Shown here: positions 9,843 to 19,156 of the stretch, in pieces
Position numbering within the stretch: position 1 is the first letter of the stretch
How the letters are laid out: each line of letters begins with the position of its first letter
From: Bacilli bacterium
Lineage (GTDB): Bacteria; Bacillota_I; Bacilli_A; RFN20; CAG-826
Length of the DNA stretch: 64,000 bases
Direction: 5' to 3'
Assembly (NCBI GenBank): GCA_024408295.1
Contig: JAKSVE010000004.1
Span: forward strand, 396-64,395
The notes under the pieces: model-generated
Database searches by the model: none
What the model saw: the letters and a program-made list of their open reading frames with translations, nothing else
What the model was told of the DNA's origin: nothing
Made by a program: the position numbers and the translations under genes

Positions 9843-11344
9843 TGGAAAAGAAAAACGCAGCAATGGGCACAATTGATTACCCACACACCGTTGGTCCAGT
9901 ACCAGAAGGAAAGGAAGTTGTCCTTTCAGTCAGAAACTTAGCTATCAGCTTCGCAACAGATGATGGCTTCGTCAAGGCCGTTAGAGGTGTTGCCTTCGAC
10001 TTATATAAGGGTGAAACACTCTGTATCGTCGGAGAGTCTGGCTCAGGTAAGTCAGTCACTTCCAAGACCATCATGGGCATCCTTGCAGGAAACGCTCATA
10101 TCGATTCAGGCTCCGTCACATATGAGGGCGAAGACTTAACAAAGATTGCTGAGGATGAATTCCATAGAATCAGAGGTACCAAGATCGGCATGATCTTCCA
10201 GGATCCTCTTTCATCCTTGAACCCAATCGCAAAAATCGGTAAGCAGATTACCGAAGTCATGATCACAAACGGCAACAAGGTCAAAAAGGTCTATGACAAC
10301 TTGATCAACGCCGAATTAATCAAGTATAAGAACGACTTAAGACTCCTTCAGATCGCAAAAGAAGAGTACAAATTCATCAAGAAAAACAAATCATCAACTC
10401 CAGAGCAGATTGCAGAAGCTGAAGCTCACTACGAAGCTGAGAAGGCTAGACTTACACCTCTTATCGCTGAGGATAAGGCCGCTTTAGCAGCAAAGAAAGT
10501 CGAAGCTAAGGCTAAAGTGAAGGAATTCGTTGGAGAAATCAAGGCAAGACACAAAGCCAAGCTCAACGACTTATTCGCCAAGGCAAAAGAAGACCCAGAA
10601 GCAAAGAAGAACCTCCTTGCTAATTACATCTCAGAACGCCGCAGATACGTCTCAGAACTCAAGGTTACCCACAAGGAAGCCAAGAGAAGAGCACTCAAGA
10701 TCATGGCAGAAGTCGGTATCCCACACCCAGAGCAGAGATTCAACCAGTATCCATTCGAATTCTCTGGCGGTATGAGACAGCGTATCGTTATTGCTATTGC
10801 TTTAACTGCTGACCCAGACATCCTCATTTGCGACGAGCCAACAACCGCATTAGACGTTACAATCCAGGCTCAGATCCTCGAACTCATCAATAGACTTAAG
10901 GTCGCTAGAAACATGTCCGTCATGTTCATCACACACGACTTAGGCGTCGTTGCTAACATGGCTGATAGAGTCGTTGTTATGTACGCAGGCAAGATTGTTG
11001 AATACGGAACCGCAATGGACGTCTTCTACACACCTGCTCACCCATACACATGGGCTCTCTTATCATCAATTCCTGACGTTGACTCAAAAGAAAAGCTTGA
11101 AGCTATCCCAGGAACCCCACCAAACATGCTCTTCCCACCAGAAGGCGACGCTTTCGCATTACGTTCAAAATACGCAATGGGTATCGACTTCAAGGAAGAA
11201 CCAAAGATGTACCAGATTTCCGATACACACTATGCATCAACTTGGTTGCTTGATGAAAGAGCACCTGAGGCTACTATGCCAAAGATCGTTTCAACACGTA
11301 TCGAGAACTCATTAAGAAAGGCAGGTATGAAAGATGGCGAATAA
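9842..11344 (+). CDS. oppD: Oligopeptide ABC transporter ATP-binding protein with a coiled-coil insertion
   Basis: Walker A GESGSGKS, signature FSGGMRQR, Walker B ILICDEPTTALD. A Lys/Glu/Ala-rich insert lies between the Q-loop and the signature motif. Confidence 0.85.
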   Translation: MEKKNAAMGTIDYPHTVGPVPEGKEVVLSVRNLAISFATDDGFVKAVRGVAFDLYKGETLCIVGESGSGKSVTSKTIMGILAGNAHIDSGSVTYEGEDLTKIAEDEFHRIRGTKIGMIFQDPLSSLNPIAKIGKQITEVMITNGNKVKKVYDNLINAELIKYKNDLRLLQIAKEEYKFIKKNKSSTPEQIAEAEAHYEAEKARLTPLIAEDKAALAAKKVEAKAKVKEFVGEIKARHKAKLNDLFAKAKEDPEAKKNLLANYISERRRYVSELKVTHKEAKRRALKIMAEVGIPHPEQRFNQYPFEFSGGMRQRIVIAIALTADPDILICDEPTTALDVTIQAQILELINRLKVARNMSVMFITHDLGVVANMADRVVVMYAGKIVEYGTAMDVFYTPAHPYTWALLSSIPDVDSKEKLEAIPGTPPNMLFPPEGDAFALRSKYAMGIDFKEEPKMYQISDTHYASTWLLDERAPEATMPKIVSTRIENSLRKAGMKDGE

Positions 11345-12425
11345 TGTTACTTACCGTCCAGAATTAGTGGAAGAAGGCACCATTCTATCTGTTGAGAACT
11401 TAAAGCAGTACTTTGGCTCAGGTTCATTCGTTACCAAGGCAGTCGATAACGTTTCCTTCAAAATCAAAGAAGGCGAGTGCTTCGGCATCGTCGGCGAGTC
11501 AGGTTGCGGTAAGACCACAACCGGCCGTTCAATCATCAACCTTTACCAGATCACTGGTGGCTCAATCTTCTACAAGGGCACTAGAGTCTCAGCGGGCACT
11601 AGAGAAATCGAAGAAGAAATCAAAGCCGCAAAGAAGGCCAAGGACACTGAGAAAGTCGCTCAGTTAAGAGAAGAATTACGTGCTAGAAAGTATGACAATG
11701 CCCATAAGGATCAGGACCTCACAACTGAGATTCAGATGATCTTCCAGGATCCAGTTGACTCACTCGACCCACGTATGACAGTCGCTGACATCATCCAGGA
11801 AGGCTTACACATCCAGGGAATGTACGATAAGGCATCAAACTCTGCAAAAGTCGCAGATATCCTTGAGAAAGTCGGCTTAATTCCTGAATACGCATCACGT
11901 TACCCACATGAATTCTCAGGTGGACAGAGACAGCGTATCGGCATTGCACGTGCTCTTATCATGAATCCAAAGCTCCTCATTTGTGACGAGCCTATCTCCG
12001 CGCTTGACGTATCCATCCGTGCACAGGTCCTTAACTTACTTAACGAAGTCAAAGAAGAGATGGGATTAACAATGATCTTCATCGCTCATGACTTATCAGT
12101 CGTCAAATACTTCTGCGACAGAATCGCAGTCATGTATTTCGGAAGACTCGTTGAGTTAGCATCATCAGATGAGCTCTTCGCTCACCCAATGCACCCATAC
12201 ACCCGCGCATTGCTCTCAGCAATTCCAAAACCAGACCCAATCTCTGAGAAGAACCGTGTGAGAAAGGTCTACAACCCATCTTCAGCTCACGACTATTCAG
12301 AGTCAAAGCCATCATTCAGAGAAATCGCTCCAGGGCACTTCGTCCTCTGCAATGATCCTGAGGAAGAGGCATATAAGAAGGAAATGGCAGAAATCGATGC
12401 CAAGAGAGGAGAAGCAAATGAATAA
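11334..12425 (+). CDS. oppF: Oligopeptide ABC transporter ATP-binding protein
   Basis: Walker [10 protein letters not shown], signature FSGGQRQR, Walker [13 protein letters not shown]. Overlaps oppD by 11 nt. Confidence 0.85.
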   Translation: MANNVTYRPELVEEGTILSVENLKQYFGSGSFVTKAVDNVSFKIKEGECFGIVGESGCGKTTTGRSIINLYQITGGSIFYKGTRVSAGTREIEEEIKAAKKAKDTEKVAQLREELRARKYDNAHKDQDLTTEIQMIFQDPVDSLDPRMTVADIIQEGLHIQGMYDKASNSAKVADILEKVGLIPEYASRYPHEFSGGQRQRIGIARALIMNPKLLICDEPISALDVSIRAQVLNLLNEVKEEMGLTMIFIAHDLSVVKYFCDRIAVMYFGRLVELASSDELFAHPMHPYTRALLSAIPKPDPISEKNRVRKVYNPSSAHDYSESKPSFREIAPGHFVLCNDPEEEAYKKEMAEIDAKRGEANE

Positions 12426-13098
12426 GAAATTTGATAGCCTTTCAATCTTGGCATTAATCTCAACCGCATTGATCTTCATCATCACAGTTGTTGGCTACAT
12501 CACCGTCATCGCTAGATTCAACACCTACATCGACGTTGCTGAGACCATCACCTACTTAGATTCCATCAAGGCAAACGGCCAGATCATCGAAGTCATCCAG
12601 ACATTCATCATGATGCCTATCGCATTACTTGTCTCCGCTGGATTATTCCTTGATTGCTTCCTTAGAAAAGAAGTCTCACACATCGGAGTCACATTCGCTG
12701 TTGGATGCTTCGCAACAATCTACTCACTCGTTAACATGATCGGTGGATTCCTCTATTCAGGAGTCGCATCAATCTTCTTCTATGGCGCAGCAACAATCGG
12801 TGCTGTTGCTATGACCGTCTTCTTCATTAAGAAGATGCTTGATGGAGACGTCACGCTCGGCTTCAAGATTTCCGCTGGAGCATTCGTTGTTCTCGGATTC
12901 TTCGCCGTCTGCGTCACATATCCATTCTTAGAGGCATATTCTCACGCAGGAGACTCACTCTTCTGGACTGGCGGCTTCTTCGGCCTTGCAGTCCTTATTC
13001 TCGCTGGCATCGCTATCACTGTGTCAGCTCTATCAGATTATGATCCAAACCCAATCGAAATCGATGAGTTTGGAAACCCAATTGACGACAACAAATAA
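12418..13098 (+). CDS. Multi-pass membrane protein of unknown function
   Basis: ATG at 12418 ([15 protein letters not shown]) overlaps the oppF stop. About 6 hydrophobic segments. The track ORF starts earlier, inside oppF. Confidence 0.5.
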   Translation: MNKKFDSLSILALISTALIFIITVVGYITVIARFNTYIDVAETITYLDSIKANGQIIEVIQTFIMMPIALLVSAGLFLDCFLRKEVSHIGVTFAVGCFATIYSLVNMIGGFLYSGVASIFFYGAATIGAVAMTVFFIKKMLDGDVTLGFKISAGAFVVLGFFAVCVTYPFLEAYSHAGDSLFWTGGFFGLAVLILAGIAITVSALSDYDPNPIEIDEFGNPIDDNK

Positions 13099-13101
13099 CA
13101 A

Positions 13102-14640
13102 ATGAAAAAGAAAACCGCTCTTAAAATATTTGGATTTATCTCCCTGGTTGGAGCGGTTTCTTCATGCACATTATTCGAGACGAGCTCAAAGGAATCTACT
13201 TCAGGCTCATCTCAAACCATCACTTACCGTTACTTCAAAGAGCCGACTAGATACACGATGTATGACCTCAATGTCTGCCGTGAACAGCAGTCGCTTGCCC
13301 CGGTTGGGGATAAGAAGATATTAGTCCTTCCTATAACCATCAAGGGATACGAATATAACGCAACTGAAGCAACACGTGAAAACATCAGAAAGACCTTCTT
13401 TGGAGAGCCTAATGAGACCGCGTGGAATTCCGTCTCATCATTCTATTCCAAATCCTCATACCAGGCATTCAACCTCGAAGGTGAGGTCGCTCCATGGTAC
13501 GACTCTAAGTTAACCCCGGCAGAAATTGCCGCGATGGGAGATGAAGATCAGGCAATCGGTGTCATCAAGGTCATGAATGACGCGGTTGAGGCATATAGGG
13601 CATCATCAGGTTCAGATTTATCTGAATACGATTACGATAAAGATGGATTCATCGATGGCATTTGGATGATTTATTCATGTCCAAATTACTCAAATATGCC
13701 ATCTCTTCCACACACTTCATTCTGGGCATACACATTCTGGGATATTCACGCAAAAGCAGATCCAGCTAAGCCAACTCCAAAGGCATTCTGCTGGGCTTCT
13801 TATGACTTCATGTATGATGGATATGGATCAATTGGCAACAAATGCCTTGACGCCCACACATACATCCATGAGACCGGACATTTGTTTGGACTTGAGGATT
13901 ATTATGACTACAACGGTAAATGCGCTCCAATGGGCGGAATCGATATGATGGACTATAACATCATCGACCATAACGCATTCTCCAAATACCTCTTTGGCTG
14001 GGTTGAGCCATTTATCATCGAAGATGAAGGTTCGCTATATTTAAAACCATCATCATCTACCGGTGAATGTGCCTTAATCCCAACAAAAAGCCATTGGAAT
14101 GGCAGCGTATTCGACGAATATCTACTTCTTGAATACTACACACCAACCGATTTGAACCTCAAGGATTCAACCTTAAGGTATAAGAACTGCCCATTAGGCT
14201 TCACTGAAAACGGAGTGAGAATCTACCATGTAGACGCTAGACTCTGCAAAATGCCATTCTATGGCTCAAGAGTGAAGACAGAATACGTAGACGACATAGT
14301 TAAAGAAACCGACATGGTTGATAACTATTACACTAACATCGCTCACACGAATACACCAACGAGTGATAGAGGTCAGACAAGAAACCACATGAATGAACAA
14401 TATAGACTTGTTCAGGAAATGGATTGCACCAAGAGAAGAAACTTCGCTAACCAGAAGTCATATTCACTTACTGCTGATAACTCAACATTGTTCCAGAAGG
14501 GCGACATCTTCACATTCGAGAAGTATGCGAGCTCATTCCCAAATGGAACGACAATGAACGACGGGACGACATTTGATTGGGAGATTACCATCGGAAACAT
14601 GACTAACGATGGCGTAGAGATTACGTTTACAGAAATATGA
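13102..14640 (+). CDS. M6 (InhA-like) zinc metalloprotease lipoprotein, paralog 2
   Basis: Lipobox LVGAVSSC. HETGHLFGLEDYYDYNG, KKILVLPITIKGY, DYDKDGFIDGIWMIY. Collinear with paralogs 1 and 3. Confidence 0.75.
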   Translation: MKKKTALKIFGFISLVGAVSSCTLFETSSKESTSGSSQTITYRYFKEPTRYTMYDLNVCREQQSLAPVGDKKILVLPITIKGYEYNATEATRENIRKTFFGEPNETAWNSVSSFYSKSSYQAFNLEGEVAPWYDSKLTPAEIAAMGDEDQAIGVIKVMNDAVEAYRASSGSDLSEYDYDKDGFIDGIWMIYSCPNYSNMPSLPHTSFWAYTFWDIHAKADPAKPTPKAFCWASYDFMYDGYGSIGNKCLDAHTYIHETGHLFGLEDYYDYNGKCAPMGGIDMMDYNIIDHNAFSKYLFGWVEPFIIEDEGSLYLKPSSSTGECALIPTKSHWNGSVFDEYLLLEYYTPTDLNLKDSTLRYKNCPLGFTENGVRIYHVDARLCKMPFYGSRVKTEYVDDIVKETDMVDNYYTNIAHTNTPTSDRGQTRNHMNEQYRLVQEMDCTKRRNFANQKSYSLTADNSTLFQKGDIFTFEKYASSFPNGTTMNDGTTFDWEITIGNMTNDGVEITFTEI

Positions 14641-16334
14641 GAAAACACATAAAGAGAAAATTAGCGCTATTTCTAGGACTCACCTCTCTTCTTGCTTCAT
14701 GCACATTGAACTTTGGAGGAGAACAATCCTTCTCTTTTGCTAAGCCATATTCATCCATTTCATTGATTGACCAGGATGAATTGGAGAGCAGATCACGTGA
14801 GGAATCACTTAGCCGCGAAAATGATCCTGGAGTCGATTATTCAGATAGACTCCTCTCATCTAACCTTGCTAAGTCTGATTTAACCTGCAAAACCGCCTCA
14901 AAAGGAAAAAGCGGCACAAATTACGCTCAGATGAGCAAATCCGTGCATTCTGCAAAGCAAGTTGCTGATGGAATCGGTGACCACGTCATGGACTCAATCG
15001 GAGAAAAGAGAATCCTCGTCATCCCTGTCATCATCAAGGATTATCAGGATAACGTAACAGAGGCTAATAGAGAATTAATCTACAAGACATTCTTCGGCAA
15101 GAGCTCTGATACCTCATGGGAATCAGTATCTAGCTACTATTACAAGTCATCATTCGGAAACCTCTTAATTAATGGAACAGTTTCTGAGTGGTTCGATTAT
15201 GGGAAGACCGCAAGTGAGTTATCTCATCTCACATCTCAGGATGTCTATGGACAGAATATCGGTAACTTCGACCCAACATTGGACGTCCTCGATAAAGCGG
15301 TTGAATGGTATAAGAAGAGATATCATACAGACTGCAAGGAATTCGATTCTGATAACGATGGAAGAATCGATGGAGTCTGGCTTGTATACTCAGCTCCAAC
15401 TTATCAAAACAATTATCAGTTAGGTTCATCATTCTGGGCATACACGTTCAGCAAATATCAGGGTACATTAAACGAAGAATCACCAAACCCATTCAGATAT
15501 TGCTGGGGTTCGGTTGAATTCTTAAAGAAAGCTTATGGCGCGACCGGGTGTGATGCGCACACGTACATACATGAAACTGGCCACATGATGGGTCTAGATG
15601 ACTATTATGATGTTAATGGTAGAGTTTCTGCCTGTGGTGGAGTCGATATGATGGATAACAACATCGCAGACCACAACACATTCTCAAAATACGGACTTGG
15701 TTGGACAAGACCATATCTCGTATCAGGAGACTGCGAAATCGATTTGAAGCCAGCATCAACATCAGGTGAGTCAATCATCATTCCAACCGAAGGCGGATTT
15801 AGCAATTCAGCATTCGACGAATACATCCTTGTTGAGTTATACACTCCAGATGAATTGAATGCTAAAGATGCAGCAAGCACTGGAGGATACTACGGTCCAT
15901 ACCTTAGAGCATTCACCAACCCAGGCGTTAAGATCTATCACATCGATGCTAGATTGGCTACATCTAAGCTCAGATTAAACCAGTGGGGCACATGGTCATA
16001 CACAACAGAGTTCGTTCAATCGTATACTCAGATTACGACTAAGGCTCACACAAACAGCCCTTCAACTGGTACGCAATCCGGTTATTCGAATAGATTAAAC
16101 GATCAATATCGCTTAATTCAGATGATTGATAAAGAAGGAAGAAACTTCTCAACAAGCATGAGATTTGCTTCAAATAACAGCTTGTTTAAATCTGGAGATT
16201 CCTTCTCTTATGACAAATTTTCTTCGCAATTCGCGAATAAAACGACTATGAACAACGGAAGCAAGTTCGCATATTCCGTGTCCTTCTCGGACTTAAGCGC
16301 ATCAGGCGTAAAAGTAACAATTACAAAAGGATAA
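14637..16334 (+). CDS. M6 (InhA-like) zinc metalloprotease lipoprotein, paralog 3
   Basis: ATGA overlap with the preceding gene. Lipobox LTSLLASC. HETGHMMGLDDYYDVNG, KRILVIPVIIKDY, DSDNDGRIDGVWLVY. Confidence 0.75.
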   Translation: MRKHIKRKLALFLGLTSLLASCTLNFGGEQSFSFAKPYSSISLIDQDELESRSREESLSRENDPGVDYSDRLLSSNLAKSDLTCKTASKGKSGTNYAQMSKSVHSAKQVADGIGDHVMDSIGEKRILVIPVIIKDYQDNVTEANRELIYKTFFGKSSDTSWESVSSYYYKSSFGNLLINGTVSEWFDYGKTASELSHLTSQDVYGQNIGNFDPTLDVLDKAVEWYKKRYHTDCKEFDSDNDGRIDGVWLVYSAPTYQNNYQLGSSFWAYTFSKYQGTLNEESPNPFRYCWGSVEFLKKAYGATGCDAHTYIHETGHMMGLDDYYDVNGRVSACGGVDMMDNNIADHNTFSKYGLGWTRPYLVSGDCEIDLKPASTSGESIIIPTEGGFSNSAFDEYILVELYTPDELNAKDAASTGGYYGPYLRAFTNPGVKIYHIDARLATSKLRLNQWGTWSYTTEFVQSYTQITTKAHTNSPSTGTQSGYSNRLNDQYRLIQMIDKEGRNFSTSMRFASNNSLFKSGDSFSYDKFSSQFANKTTMNNGSKFAYSVSFSDLSASGVKVTITKG

Positions 16335-16397
16335 ATTGCTCTTCTTGATAAAGAAGAGTCTTGCGAGTAAGATATTAAAGCATTGTGAGGTATTTAC

Positions 16398-16868
16398 ATG
16401 AAAACAAATAAATTAAATTCAATTCTCTCATCGGTAGCAGTTGTAGCAATCGCTGCATTGTTCCTCTTCCTTATTGCACCAGCTGTCAACCTTGACGCAA
16501 GCTCATGCAGAGGATATGACTTAATGTTCGGAAATGACGCAATCCAGCCAGCACTCGTCAGCCCTCTTGGCGCATTCATCGCTGTCTTCGTCGTTTCAAT
16601 CGTTGCAGCAGTCTTCTCTGGTGTCGGTGCTATCTTCTACGGAATCGACAAGCAGGAACAGTCACACAAGTTCTGCGCATTCCTCTTAGTCATCGCTGGA
16701 CTTGGCATGGCAGCATCAGCAGTTGCATTCTTCCTCTCACCAATGTTCTTCGCTGAATATGGTTATGAGACAGCCCTCGCTTGGGGTGCTATCGCATCAG
16801 GCGCTTGCTCAGCAGTTGCAGCAGTTGCTTCATTAGTTGCTGGCGTTAAGGGTTTCCTCGTTAAGTAA
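16398..16868 (+). CDS. Small multi-pass membrane protein
   Basis: 156-aa ORF with 4 hydrophobic segments. GTGAGG RBS-like sequence upstream. Last gene before a strong terminator. Confidence 0.5.
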   Translation: MKTNKLNSILSSVAVVAIAALFLFLIAPAVNLDASSCRGYDLMFGNDAIQPALVSPLGAFIAVFVVSIVAAVFSGVGAIFYGIDKQEQSHKFCAFLLVIAGLGMAASAVAFFLSPMFFAEYGYETALAWGAIASGACSAVAAVASLVAGVKGFLVK

Positions 16869-16886
16869 TTAACAATCAAATCGAAC

Positions 16887-16912
16887 ACCCTCCGATTGGA
16901 GGGTTTTCTTTT
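16887..16912 (+). terminator. Rho-independent terminator ending the opp/protease operon
   Basis: ACCCTCC-gatt-GGAGGGT followed by TTTTCTTTTT. Confidence 0.7.
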
Positions 16913-17093
16913 TGTCTTTTGTGTTTATCGCAAAACATCCTTCTCATGGTCTACGTGAGGGTGAATTGGGTGAAAGTATAATCCTCTTTACCACCGCCAC
17001 CGTGTGGGTGATTTATATGTCTAATTAACACGTATACACATACACGCGCATATTAAGATTAAAAATGATAAAGAATTGGTCTATTATTAAACT

Positions 17094-17558
17094 ATGGAAA
17101 AGACAAACGCCATCAGAGCATTAGAATCTAAGAAAGCGAGCTTCGAAATAAGGGAATATGACGCCTCTCTGACAAATGGAATGGAAGTTGCAAACGCACT
17201 AGGTGAAGATCCTTGCGCGGTCTTTAAAACGCTTGTTTGCGAAGACCCAAAACATAATCATTACGTGTTCTGCCTCCCTGTTATGATGGAATTAGATCTA
17301 AAGGCTGCCGCCAAGGTATGTGGCGCAAAATCCATAGCATTAATTCCTCAAAAAGAGCTGCTGCCATTGACTGGATATATACATGGCGGATGTTCGCCTT
17401 TTGGAATGAAGAAAAGATTCCCGACTTATGTAGAGGAAACGGCAATGCTGTTCGATCATATATACGTATCTGGAGGTCGAAAAGGCATCCAATTGTGTAT
17501 CGAACCATCCTTAATTTTAGAGGAAATGGGCGCTACATACGGAACGTTCGCATATTAA
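17094..17558 (+). CDS. ybaK: Cys-tRNA(Pro)/Cys-tRNA(Cys) deacylase YbaK
   Basis: The 154-aa ORF is collinear with E. coli YbaK as recalled from memory (NAIRALESKKASFEIREYD, TGYIHGGCSPFGMKKRFPTYV, IYVSGGRKG). Confidence 0.85.
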   Translation: MEKTNAIRALESKKASFEIREYDASLTNGMEVANALGEDPCAVFKTLVCEDPKHNHYVFCLPVMMELDLKAAAKVCGAKSIALIPQKELLPLTGYIHGGCSPFGMKKRFPTYVEETAMLFDHIYVSGGRKGIQLCIEPSLILEEMGATYGTFAY

Positions 17559-17568
17559 AATACAATCA

Positions 17569-17606
17569 ATCACCCTAAGAAATCATCGTCCAATAGGGTG
17601 ATTTTT
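17569..17606 (+). terminator. Candidate terminator after ybaK
   Basis: ATCACCCT ... AGGGTGAT stem with an 18-nt loop, then a T-run. Confidence 0.45.
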
Positions 17607-17932
17607 CTTTTATTTAATACTTCAAAAATCCTAGCTATTGTAACAGGCTATATTATACTTATATTTACATTCCGTGAAACATTTATAATCTTTCGTAAAA
17701 AAGTAATTATTACTAAATACTAGAAGAATTTGATTTAGTGGTCAAACACTTTTATACATTATCTAGTTTGTGTATTCGATTTTAAAAACCACCGATTAAT
17801 ACTAAAGAATACCGTTATTTTTAAGTGTTAGCAAACACATACATAGAGTGCTAAATGACATAAATATACAAAAATAGCACCCTACAAATGAGAGTGCTAA
17901 ATGATTTTTGATTTTGTGTATTCTGTACACTT

Positions 17933-19120
17933 TTATTTAAGTGAGATTTTAATAATATTTTGCTGTCTGCCTGCTACGATGACTGGTTGATTATTTACTA
18001 TTGCGACATTGGTCTCGCTTCTCATTCCAAAGTCTGGTGCATAGATGCCTGGTTCTAACGAGAAAGAAGTGCCTTCGATCAAAGCTCTAGTATCGTGGGA
18101 TTCGTAATTATCTATGTTTGCTCCAGGTCCATGAGGGGATACATCAACTGCAATGTTGTGTCCTGTTCTATGGGTGAAGTACTGACCATAACCATTATCG
18201 TTGACGACTTTTCTAACTACATCATCAACCTCATAGCCCATTACGCTTCTAGTTTCAAAATTATCTTGGATGAATTTGAATCCTTCGTCGATAGCATTCT
18301 TTAAAACCATGAATCTTTTTGCCATCTCTTCTGGAATTTCATCACCGACGTATGCCATCCATGTGATATCTGCATAAACGCCTTTTGGGTCATCCATCTT
18401 TGCCCACATATCAATCAAGACGAGGTCACCCTCTTTTATTTCTGAATATATGGACTCACTTGGCCCATAATGCGGGTTGGATGCATTCTTGCCAATTGCG
18501 ACAATTGGTGCCTCATCATATGTCATGCCTTCCTCTTTGAATCTTCTGCAGATGAACTGCTGGATGGTGTATTCATCGGTCCTGCCGTTTTTCTTAATCT
18601 CGCTTCCGATAAGGGCAAAGGCCTCATCCTTGATCATCAACGTCTTCTTACATGCCTCAAGTTGGAGTTCATAAGATTCTTTGTCATAAGCAGCGTTGAT
18701 CTTCTGAAGGATGTTGCAACTGGATTCAATCTTGATGCCCATATCTTCTACAAACTTAACAGAACCGTAATCAGCCAACGACACGCGTGGCATTAATCCG
18801 TGTTCGGAAATATCCATTAAGACCTTCTGATAGCCCGAAAAGCTCTGTTTTTCGAGTTCTAGCATCTCATGCCAGTTGTTATAAACTCTAAGTTCAAAAC
18901 GATCGGTGACCGATGGAACATCTAAGAACACCTTGTCTATTGAGTGACAGATGATATAGGCGTGTGCCTTTTCGATTGCCATTATGATTTTCCTAGTGAG
19001 CATTTTCTCTCCCAAGAAACCTGTGATTGATGGATTGCGGTTTTCGTAGTCTACGATAATCCAGGCATCCGCTTGTCTGGACTCGAGTTCTTCTTTAGCT
19101 ATTGATATTGGATAGTTCAT
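17933..19120 (-). CDS. M24-family Xaa-Pro aminopeptidase
   Basis: ATG at 19120 (MNYPISIAKEE) is preferred over GTG at 19126. Pita-bread-fold motifs HRTGHNIAVDVSPHG and SLEPGIY. Confidence 0.8.
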   Translation of the reverse strand: MNYPISIAKEELESRQADAWIIVDYENRNPSITGFLGEKMLTRKIIMAIEKAHAYIICHSIDKVFLDVPSVTDRFELRVYNNWHEMLELEKQSFSGYQKVLMDISEHGLMPRVSLADYGSVKFVEDMGIKIESSCNILQKINAAYDKESYELQLEACKKTLMIKDEAFALIGSEIKKNGRTDEYTIQQFICRRFKEEGMTYDEAPIVAIGKNASNPHYGPSESIYSEIKEGDLVLIDMWAKMDDPKGVYADITWMAYVGDEIPEEMAKRFMVLKNAIDEGFKFIQDNFETRSVMGYEVDDVVRKVVNDNGYGQYFTHRTGHNIAVDVSPHGPGANIDNYESHDTRALIEGTSFSLEPGIYAPDFGMRSETNVAIVNNQPVIVAGRQQNIIKISLK

Positions 19121-19156
19121 ATGCACTATATTATCATTAATATAGGATTAGAGATT

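Noticed and set aside
16913-17093. Possible riboswitch or sRNA in the 180-nt gap upstream of ybaK (repeated GGGTGA motifs)
   Set aside because: There is no recognisable riboswitch core and no convincing terminator/antiterminator pair. The GGGTGA repeats are irregularly spaced and differ from the GGGTGCGT iterons.
17845-17904. 14-nt direct repeat AGAGTGCTAAATGA (17845-17858 and 17891-17904) in the AT-rich gap after ybaK
   Set aside because: The second copy forms the arm of a hairpin (AGCAC…GTGCT plus a T-run on the minus strand) that serves as the terminator of the M24 peptidase gene. The first copy is probably a degenerate duplicate. I see no further structure.
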